In this document: positions 56,712 through 64,000 of the stretch, piece by piece
Numbering within the stretch: position 1 is the first letter of the stretch
Layout of the letters: the number at the start of each line of letters is the position of its first letter
IMG/VR virus record: IMGVR_UViG_3300036772_000211
Span: 961-64,960 of that record
Strand: one strand, 5' to 3'
Source: a virus
Taxonomy: Duplodnaviria > Caudoviricetes
DNA: 64,000 bases
The notes under the pieces: generated by a model
Seen by the model: only the letters and a program-made list of their open reading frames with translations
Told to the model about the DNA's origin: nothing
Databases searched by the model: none
Made by a program: the position numbers and the translations under genes

Positions 56712-57722
56712 ATGACCACTCAGGACCAAACGACGTTCGACGCGGCGGATCTGGCACCCATCAGCACGTCCAGTTCAGTCGAGCAGCTTGATGAAGCGAT
56801 GGACGTGGCGCGCATGGCCGCTAACGCCCAGCGCGACCTCGAAGCTGCCGGCGAGAACCCACTGGACCCATCTGACGAGGAAGAGGAAAACCCCGAGTCT
56901 GGCGAGCAGGGCGAGGAGTCGACCACAGGCAGTCCCGCCGAAGAGGCGCAGGAGTCTGAGGACGCCACTACCGACGAAGAGGAAGCCGAGGAAGAGCCTG
57001 AAGAGGCACCTCCCGCGGCACCAACCCCTCAGCAGCAACCCCAGCCAACGTACAGTCGACGGGACGCTGCTCGGTTCAAGTCCGAGCTAGATACTGCTCG
57101 AACAGAACTCCAGACCCTCAGAGGCCAGGTCAACGCGCATCGGTCATCCGATAGCTCGATCATCCAGCAGATCGCCCAGCAGGCAGGCTCCGAAACGGAC
57201 TACCAGCAGCTGGTCGACAAGGTGGTCAGTGGCCAGGCGACAGCGGATGAGCAGCAGCGCGCCAACATCATGAAGCAGTGGCGCACGATTGCTGGTCCGA
57301 TCTTCCGCACAGCACAGGAACAGGTGTTCAACCAGTGGGCGGGTGCCTACCAGGCAGCCTCCCAGTATGACGGCGTCACGCCCGAAGCGGCGCAAGCCAT
57401 CATGAACGCCAGTGACCCCGCTAGAGCGTTGGAGACGATCCACGCCGCGGGCGCTGTGGCTGGTGCCGAGAAGGCGCGCCAGGAGTTCAAGGACGAGCAG
57501 AAGAAGGTCCAGGCCGAAAATCAGCGTCTCAAGGCCGAGCTATCCAGCGTGAAGTCCAAACAGGTCGCGGGCAAGCCGCAGCCGGCAACGCCAGACGGGT
57601 CAAGCCCCGCGGCGATGCCCAAGCTGCCGCCGATGTTCCTTGAGGACGGAGCGCTGAATCCCGACTTCGAGAAGTTGGCGAGTTCAGGGAAGCTGCTAGG
57701 AGTTGAGAAGTTGACTGGCTAG
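56712..57722 (+). CDS. Capsid scaffolding protein (probable)
   Basis: Acidic disordered N-terminus and coiled coils; directly precedes the capsid gene. Confidence 0.7.
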   Translation: MTTQDQTTFDAADLAPISTSSSVEQLDEAMDVARMAANAQRDLEAAGENPLDPSDEEEENPESGEQGEESTTGSPAEEAQESEDATTDEEEAEEEPEEAPPAAPTPQQQPQPTYSRRDAARFKSELDTARTELQTLRGQVNAHRSSDSSIIQQIAQQAGSETDYQQLVDKVVSGQATADEQQRANIMKQWRTIAGPIFRTAQEQVFNQWAGAYQAASQYDGVTPEAAQAIMNASDPARALETIHAAGAVAGAEKARQEFKDEQKKVQAENQRLKAELSSVKSKQVAGKPQPATPDGSSPAAMPKLPPMFLEDGALNPDFEKLASSGKLLGVEKLTG

Positions 57723-57751
57723 TCGCCCGAAGCGACTGAAGGAACTCTCGC

Positions 57752-58729
57752 TTGGCAGTAACAACATACTCGGCCCTCACGAATGAGCAGCGCTCGTTCT
57801 ACGTGGCTCGCCTGATCAAACGTCTTTTGCCGTTCATTCCGCTCCAGAAAGACGGTGAAAAAACCACCGTCGGCAGGAACACTGGTACTGGTGTCCAGTG
57901 GCGTAAATGGGGCGCACTCGCCCTGGCGACCTCGGCTCTTACTGAAGGTACGCCACCGACTGAAATGTCGCTGACGATCACCGCGGTGACTGCGACGCTC
58001 GCGCAGTACGGCGCGTTCGTCAAGATCTCGGACCTGCTGATCGTGGCGGGTATCGATCCAGCAATGGAACAGGTCAACGACCTTGAGTCCGAGCAGGCTG
58101 GTCGCTCGGTTCACACGCTGATCGTCAACGCGCTCGCCTCGGGCACGACCGTTCAGTACGCCAGCACGGCGACCACGCGCGGCACGGTTGCCGCGGGCAT
58201 GAACTTTTTCATGATTGAGGTCAGGAAAGCTGTCCGCACGCTGAAGAAGAACAACGTGATGCGCTTCCCTGATGGCTACTACCACGGCACACTGACGCCT
58301 TCGCAGTGGTACGACCTGCGCGCTGACTCTAGCGCCGCCACGGGTATGACCTGGGCGCAGGCGAATACCTACGTCAACACCGAGAACTTCCAGAAGGGCA
58401 TGCTGGGAGCGGTTGAAGGAGTGACGTTCTACGAGACGTCGACTGATAACCCCGTGTTCGTGGGAGCTGGTCAAGGCCCCATCGACGTGCACGCAGCGTT
58501 TATCTACGGCCCTGGCGGCTACGGGACGGTCGACCTGACAACCCAGACGGTTGCCGACATCGACCCGACTACCAACCGTGGCATCGACGTCATGGTGGTC
58601 CCGGCGAATACGCCTTCAAAAATTGATCCTCTTCAGCAGTACGGCATCAGTGGCTGGAAGGTCGCGTACGTCGTTCAGGTCTTGGATGCGTTGCGCATGC
58701 TGCGCGTCGAGACGGCGGTTTCGGGCTAG
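57752..58729 (+). CDS. Major capsid protein (N4-gp56-like)
   Basis: AAGGA RBS with TTG start; LTEGTPP..QYG....SD; G..EGV.F.E; K.DPLQQYG..GWK. Confidence 0.9.
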   Translation: MAVTTYSALTNEQRSFYVARLIKRLLPFIPLQKDGEKTTVGRNTGTGVQWRKWGALALATSALTEGTPPTEMSLTITAVTATLAQYGAFVKISDLLIVAGIDPAMEQVNDLESEQAGRSVHTLIVNALASGTTVQYASTATTRGTVAAGMNFFMIEVRKAVRTLKKNNVMRFPDGYYHGTLTPSQWYDLRADSSAATGMTWAQANTYVNTENFQKGMLGAVEGVTFYETSTDNPVFVGAGQGPIDVHAAFIYGPGGYGTVDLTTQTVADIDPTTNRGIDVMVVPANTPSKIDPLQQYGISGWKVAYVVQVLDALRMLRVETAVSG

Positions 58730-58736
58730 GTAGCGA

Positions 58737-59039
58737 ATGAGGGATATAACGCTAGGAACTCCCGACCCGGACAGCGGTACAGCCGTGATGGCGAAAACCT
58801 TGACTCTGCCAGACGACTTCCCACTGGACGGGTCAAGGGCGATCATCGTCGGCGCTGCTGCGTTAGCCACGATAAATACGACATACGGGCCAACCGCGGT
58901 CCACTTGAACGGCGAGGACTCCGTCGTGTGGGTGGACATCCACGACTGGTCTGTGCTGCCGTCCAAGCCGGCGCTGACTCACGCCCAGCTTGCTGCGCTG
59001 GGGTTCGCCGCCGTGACGTACGGCGGGTTCTACACCTAG
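58737..59039 (+). CDS. Virion-region hypothetical protein
   Basis: Directly follows the capsid gene. Confidence 0.5.
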   Translation: MRDITLGTPDPDSGTAVMAKTLTLPDDFPLDGSRAIIVGAAALATINTTYGPTAVHLNGEDSVVWVDIHDWSVLPSKPALTHAQLAALGFAAVTYGGFYT

Positions 59040-59052
59040 TAAGGAGGAATCT

Positions 59053-59814
59053 ATGCCGAACCCCAATCACGTCGTCAGCAATACCGACAAGCCCTTCGTG
59101 CGCCAGCCGCGCTACGAAGAGCAGGCTGTGGGTTCAGCTGGCGACGAGCAGCACAAGGCCGAAGAGCGCTCGATTCTCGAACCGCACGACAACCTTGGCC
59201 GTCAGGCAGACAAGCTTGACGGCGAGGCGGGACGTCGAGGCGAGGATGCTGGCCTGGTGACGCGTGCCGAACTCGATCAGATCCTGCTCCAGCATCAACA
59301 GCAGATGCAGGGGATCATGGCGCTCTTCGAGATGTTCCAGCAGAACGATCCGCGGCGCGGCACCCCACCGACAGAAGACTTCATGGAATCCGAGCGGAAG
59401 GTCTACGAGCACACCATCAAGGAACTGACCGAAGCTCCCCGAGAAGCCGTCTACATCGTGCCGCTGGGGTACGAGGCCCAGGCGATCGAGCAGAACGGCA
59501 ACAAGCCGCTGTACCGCGTCATCTGCATCAACGGCGTGCAGTTTCCAGTCGAGGTCGGCAAGGTTTGCGAGGTGCCGTACCAGATTGCCGAGATCATCCG
59601 CCACGCCAAGGATGGCGGCCTGGGCACATGGCGGCAGCAAGAGCCAGGTCCACCAATCCTGCGTCACTCGACGCAATCGGCCCAGGATCTGGAGCAGATT
59701 CCACGCCCACCCAAGGTTCCTGGGGCCGACGAAATGGGACGCTCCGGCCTCGTCGGCCTGGATGTCTTCCGCCCATTCACCACCGAGCGGGCAGCGCCGC
59801 TCGATTCGAGGTAA
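59053..59814 (+). CDS. Hypothetical protein of the post-capsid region
   Basis: AAGGAGG RBS; INGV....G...VP..IAEI motif. Confidence 0.6.
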   Translation: MPNPNHVVSNTDKPFVRQPRYEEQAVGSAGDEQHKAEERSILEPHDNLGRQADKLDGEAGRRGEDAGLVTRAELDQILLQHQQQMQGIMALFEMFQQNDPRRGTPPTEDFMESERKVYEHTIKELTEAPREAVYIVPLGYEAQAIEQNGNKPLYRVICINGVQFPVEVGKVCEVPYQIAEIIRHAKDGGLGTWRQQEPGPPILRHSTQSAQDLEQIPRPPKVPGADEMGRSGLVGLDVFRPFTTERAAPLDSR

Positions 59815-59818
59815 GCAC

Positions 59819-60454
59819 ATGGCCACAGACCCCACTTTCATCCCCAGCATGAGCGCTCCACCGGTCCCTCCTATGCCTGGGCCAACCCCGCCGCCGCCAG
59901 AACCGGCTCCGGCGCCGCCTGCGCCTGCTCCTGACCCAGAGCCAGTACCCAAAGCGGATGCCTACCTGCCGGACGGCACACCGATTGGCACTCAGAACCT
60001 GATCACGGCGATGGTCAAGGGCGCGGATGGCGTTGAGCGAGAGGTGACCGCCGCGGCGACTGATCCCAACGCGCCGAAGCCTGTACCGACAGGACTCGCG
60101 GCGGCTCCCAACGTCGGCGCCGAAATGGGTGCTGCCGCGGTTACGCGCGTGCTCATGCCCGAGTCTGAGAAGCCCGCTCTGTCACTGCCCGATCTCATTG
60201 GTCGCTGGTTTGACAGCATGATTCACAAGCGCTTCGGCGTAGACATTGGGCGCGGCCCACAGGATCTCGGCCTCGTTGGTCAGGGTCACGTGGTGGAGGG
60301 CCACCAGCTGCTCATGGACGCCGAGACTGGCGAGGTCGTGCGTGCGATGCCTGGCTCGAAGATCAACGAGGACAAGCTGTACGTGAACACGCGCAACCTG
60401 CCTGAGTGGCTCGTGAACAACCCCGACCTGGCAAAGGGAGAGCACTCCGCATGA
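59819..60454 (+). CDS. Pro-rich hypothetical protein
   Basis: GAGG RBS before ATG 59819. Confidence 0.55.
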   Translation: MATDPTFIPSMSAPPVPPMPGPTPPPPEPAPAPPAPAPDPEPVPKADAYLPDGTPIGTQNLITAMVKGADGVEREVTAAATDPNAPKPVPTGLAAAPNVGAEMGAAAVTRVLMPESEKPALSLPDLIGRWFDSMIHKRFGVDIGRGPQDLGLVGQGHVVEGHQLLMDAETGEVVRAMPGSKINEDKLYVNTRNLPEWLVNNPDLAKGEHSA

Positions 60455-60933
60455 TGCAGAGCGGTGGACAGGCAGCTGGCCAGCTGAGCGTCGGTGCGCC
60501 CGGTTCGCCGCCAGCTGCACCACTCCCGACAATCGACCAGCCAACCACGGGCGATCGCTTCCAGGCAGTCATCAACTGCCACGCCTGCAATCTCCATCAG
60601 ATCGAGGTGGCGATCGAGGCCAACCAGCACACGACCGACCCGCATCCAGCCCAGCCTGGGCGCACAGTCGCGCGCCACCCAGTCATTCTTGCCTGCTTCG
60701 ACTACGCAAGTCTGGATGACCAGGGGCGACCCGCGGAGGGCCAGCCAGCCGAACTCAACATGACGGTGATCCGCCAGATCTTCTCGACGCGCTATGCGCA
60801 CGTTTCAGCTGATCCGCCACCCGCGGACGGCTCGCACATCAGCGTTGAAGGCATGCACGTCATCGCCGAGCTTGACCAGGCTGGCAACGCCACGGGTCGG
60901 GTGAGGTTCGGCAACCCAGACGAGGTCAAGTGA
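60451..60933 (+). CDS. Hypothetical protein
   Basis: ATGA overlap; GGAG RBS. Confidence 0.5.
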   Translation: MMQSGGQAAGQLSVGAPGSPPAAPLPTIDQPTTGDRFQAVINCHACNLHQIEVAIEANQHTTDPHPAQPGRTVARHPVILACFDYASLDDQGRPAEGQPAELNMTVIRQIFSTRYAHVSADPPPADGSHISVEGMHVIAELDQAGNATGRVRFGNPDEVK

Positions 60934-61412
60934 TGCTGCAGTTACTTCTTATCTTCGCGGTGTGGCTGGGGCTGATGACGCTTGCGACCAGTGGCCGCGG
61001 TACGACCACTGATTCGAGCATCCTGCAGTTCGTACTCGGCAAAGCGGCTTACACCGCGCCAGCTGGGTGCTACGCGGCGTTGTTCTCAGCCACGCCGACC
61101 GCTGACAACGGGACGTTCACCGAACTCACCGGCTCGAACTACGCGCGTGCCACGATCGACGCAGCCAATGCGGCCGCGGCCTGGTCAGCGACTACGACGG
61201 ACAGCACCGGCGTGTGGAAGACCAACGCTAACGTGATCAACTTCCCGACCGCATCCGCGGGCTGGCTGGCTGCCACGGGCTTCGGCATCTACGACGCGGT
61301 CACCGGTACCACGAACCTGCTGTACTGGGGCACGTTCGCGTCAGCATCCACCGTCGGTAGCGGCGCGACAGCAAGCTTTGCCGCTTCAGCGCTCAAAGTA
61401 ACGGAGGCGTAA
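60930..61412 (+). CDS. Virion structural protein (tail-associated family)
   Basis: ELTGSNYAR..N...I.FPTA...W....GIYDA..G.NLLY motif. Confidence 0.7.
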   Translation: MMLQLLLIFAVWLGLMTLATSGRGTTTDSSILQFVLGKAAYTAPAGCYAALFSATPTADNGTFTELTGSNYARATIDAANAAAAWSATTTDSTGVWKTNANVINFPTASAGWLAATGFGIYDAVTGTTNLLYWGTFASASTVGSGATASFAASALKVTEA

Positions 61413-61422
61413 GCCTCGGGGC

Positions 61423-63438
61423 GTGTCAGTCAGCCCCGTCACCAACGGGTCGGGCTACGTCGACCAGGCGTCCGGCGGTAGCCTGACCCTCAGCCGTCCG
61501 AGCGGCATCGCTGACGGCGACCTGATGGTCGCGATCGTTGAGCGCGACGACGGTGCCGTCAACGTCATCCTGAGCCCGCCGTCAGGCTGGACGGTCGCCG
61601 ATACCTTTGACAGCGGCAACGGGACGGTCGGCTCCAATCTGGTCTACAAGATTGCCAGCAGCGAGCCGACTAGCTGGACCTTCAGCGTAAACAACGGTTC
61701 GATCTACGGCGTTGCACTGATGAGCTACAGGAATGTGGCGTCGTCACAGCCCGACGTCACCCTGCAGCGCGGCTCTGGCACAGCCAACACCGAGGAAGCG
61801 CCCGCGACGGCAAGTACGCCAAGCTCCGGTTGCTACGAGGTGGTGCTCTACACCGACTGGTCGAGCAATCCATCGTTTACCACTCCAACTGGCTTCACCC
61901 AGCGCGTGCTCGATCAGGGGAATGCCGCGCTCGGTATCTACGACAACGGACCGCTGACGCCGACAGGGGCGCTGGCAGCGGTCGACATGTTCGAGAACAA
62001 CGCTGCCAACTGGGTTGCCTATCACTTCATCGTCAGTCCGTCGACCACGGGCGTCGCTCTGAGCGGCAGTGTCACCATTCAGGCATCCCAGACCGCCGCG
62101 CCGAGCCTGGGCCTCTCGATCACGCTGACTGGCCTGCCGGTCACCACGGCTGCACCTTCGCTGGCCATTGCTGCAGCGGCACCCGCCCAGGCAGTCGCGA
62201 CAGCAGCGCTCACCCTGAAGCTGGCCGGAACAGCGGCACCACAACCAACGACAGCTGCCGCGCCAATTCTGTCCCTGGCCGGTGTGGTGACAGCTGGTCC
62301 TGTCGTCAGCGGCGTGCTCCCTGGAAACGGCGTAGCTCTGACTGGCGCAGCTGTTACATCTGCCGCGGCCTCCGCTGCGCCTGTCCTGGGCCTGCAGGTT
62401 GGCATACGCATCGCCACGTCGCAGTCGGCGACGGTTCACCTGGCACTGGTCGCCAGTACCGCGCCGCGGCCAGTTCTCAGCGTTGGCATCACGCTTACAC
62501 AGCCTCCCCTGGTCCTGACTGCCGGCGGCTCCGCGCTAGCTAGCCCAACGCTTCGCCTGGCGCCATCTGTAACTGCAGGCGCCAGGGTAACTGGGGTGGT
62601 GAGTATCGGGACGGGCGTTTTCGTCTCGCTCGCCGGCTCGATCAGCGTTGGCGCTGTCGTCACCAGCTACTCGCTGCCACGCGGGATTTACGGCACGCAC
62701 CCTCCAGCTGCTACCTACGGCACCCACTTTCCGGCGGGCGTCTACGGCCGCACGACAGGTGGCCCGGTCATTGGTCTGGCTGGCGTCACCGGTGGTGCTG
62801 CGAGTTCGACGCTCGCCACCGTCTCCGTCGTAAGCCTCGGCGGCGCCGTGGCGGCCGGCGCGCTCGCCGCGGGCGCTCCGGTGCTCGGCATGGCTGGCAA
62901 TGTCGGAGCGCAGGCGCTCTTCACTGGCGCGCCGCGCCTGAGCCTGCCTGCCGCTGCGACAGCACAAGCCCTGGCTACAGGGGCGGCTGCAGTTCAGGCG
63001 TACCACCTGACTGGCTCGGCCGGTGGACAGGCTGCAGCGACCGGCCTGTTCGTGGGCGAGGGACCGATCTTCGTCTTCCTGACGGGCGCCGCCGGGGGCA
63101 CAGCCGCCACGAATCAGGTCGCCGTCCACCTGGCGCTCGTGGTCGCTGGTGGAGCACACGCGAACGTGACCAGTGCAATGGCTATTGCACTGGTTAGCAG
63201 CACTGCTGGCAGCGGCAGCGCGGCGGTAATCGTCCAGCCGATCAACCAGCTGGTCGCCCAGGTAATCGCCCAGGCCCTCGTGCAGGGCGCATTCCTGATC
63301 AACTGGCCGTCACCCATCGTCCTGTTCCTTCCGCCGCCGTACAGCGGTGTCGCGGCGCCGATTTCGCGGCCGGTGCCAGGTTCGGCGACCTTCGCCGGTG
63401 GCCCACCCATCTTCCCAGGTGTGGCTGTGAAGTCGTAA
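61423..63438 (+). CDS. Virion fibre/surface protein with A/G/L-rich repeats
   Basis: N-terminal PSG.ADGDL..PSGWT domain; repeated L.G....A...A.P.L units. Confidence 0.6.
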   Translation: MSVSPVTNGSGYVDQASGGSLTLSRPSGIADGDLMVAIVERDDGAVNVILSPPSGWTVADTFDSGNGTVGSNLVYKIASSEPTSWTFSVNNGSIYGVALMSYRNVASSQPDVTLQRGSGTANTEEAPATASTPSSGCYEVVLYTDWSSNPSFTTPTGFTQRVLDQGNAALGIYDNGPLTPTGALAAVDMFENNAANWVAYHFIVSPSTTGVALSGSVTIQASQTAAPSLGLSITLTGLPVTTAAPSLAIAAAAPAQAVATAALTLKLAGTAAPQPTTAAAPILSLAGVVTAGPVVSGVLPGNGVALTGAAVTSAAASAAPVLGLQVGIRIATSQSATVHLALVASTAPRPVLSVGITLTQPPLVLTAGGSALASPTLRLAPSVTAGARVTGVVSIGTGVFVSLAGSISVGAVVTSYSLPRGIYGTHPPAATYGTHFPAGVYGRTTGGPVIGLAGVTGGAASSTLATVSVVSLGGAVAAGALAAGAPVLGMAGNVGAQALFTGAPRLSLPAAATAQALATGAAAVQAYHLTGSAGGQAAATGLFVGEGPIFVFLTGAAGGTAATNQVAVHLALVVAGGAHANVTSAMAIALVSSTAGSGSAAVIVQPINQLVAQVIAQALVQGAFLINWPSPIVLFLPPPYSGVAAPISRPVPGSATFAGGPPIFPGVAVKS

Positions 63439-64000
63439 TGCCCGTTCCTCCGAACCTGCCCACTACGCATGTCAACGATCTCGGTGAGTTCATCAACGCT
63501 GGAGATATTGACGATCTCGCGACCGCGGTCAACAGCCTGCCTATCGTGGTTAGTACAGCGTACTTCGGTGCTGATCCAACAGGCGTGGGCGACTCGACAG
63601 CCGCATTCAACAACGCACTGGCGGCGCTACCGGCTACGAACGGAACGGTGTACGCGCCACCTGGCAACTATCGCATCGACGCCGACGTCATCAAGCTGGG
63701 CAATGGCAGTGCGACAGGTGGACCGTCGACGCGCCACGGCATGCGCATCGTCGGCGCCGCGCCGCCGGGACCGTTCTGGGGTTCGGGATTTCCAGCGCAG
63801 GGAGCTACGCGGCTCTTCACCACCGCTGCCAAGGACATCATCCACGTCAATGGTCCGGTGGCGGGCTGGGGGCTGCAGAACCTGCATCTCGACGGCGGAA
63901 GCGTCGGTACGACCGGCGTCAAGGTACTGTCTGGCCAGAGTGGCGGCATGGACGGCGTCAGCTTCACGAACTTCACTAGCTGGACAGCGTCCTTCAGCTG
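63438..64000 (+). CDS. Pectate-lyase-like tailspike (3'-truncated)
   Basis: Manual translation ..FGADPTGVGDSTAAFNNALAAL..GTVYAPPGNY; TAATG coupling; open to the window end. Confidence 0.75.
   Translation, partial: MPVPPNLPTTHVNDLGEFINAGDIDDLATAVNSLPIVVSTAYFGADPTGVGDSTAAFNNALAALPATNGTVYAPPGNYRIDADVIKLGNGSATGGPSTRHGMRIVGAAPPGPFWGSGFPAQGATRLFTTAAKDIIHVNGPVAGWGLQNLHLDGGSVGTTGVKVLSGQSGGMDGVSFTNFTSWTASFS

Larger units (their letters stand above)
1..64000. mobile_element. Temperate tailed phage genome segment (podovirus-like); extends beyond both window edges
   Basis: Terminase, portal, capsid, tail fibre, endolysin, integrase, cI/cro and primase-helicase are all present. No host core genes are seen, and virion ORFs run off both ends. 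Confidence 0.95.

Overview
The whole 64 kb reads as one continuous stretch of a GC-rich, temperate, podovirus-like tailed phage genome; I see no host housekeeping genes. Gene order: tail/nozzle/fibre genes and a lysis cassette (1-7.4 kb); an inserted conjugation-like (minimal type IV secretion) operon with its own regulator, encoding Xre, VirB6-like, lytic transglycosylase, VirB2-like pilin, PrgI/VirB3-like, VirB4 and a VirD4-like ATPase fused to an HNH nuclease, with no relaxase seen (7.4-13.7 kb); a large reverse-oriented beta-helix/Ig protein (13.7-17.5 kb); a leftward early region of small genes (17.5-27.7 kb) whose distal part is driven by six near-identical leaderless sigma70 promoters carrying tandem GCAT operator-like repeats, faced by an RHH and an HNH-RHH gene pair (27.7-28.3 kb); tyrosine integrase and a cI/cro switch (28.4-30.7 kb); replication genes with primase-helicase and an iteron array (30.7-39.5 kb); then terminase, portal, ejection-type proteins including a 2074-aa SLT+NlpC/P60 polyvalent protein, scaffold, N4-gp56-like major capsid and further virion genes (39.5-64 kb). 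The two standout observations are the phage-borne, apparently relaxase-less T4SS module with a coupling-protein/HNH fusion, and the GCAT-operator promoter regulon. All protein calls come from reading motifs by eye; no database searches were run.
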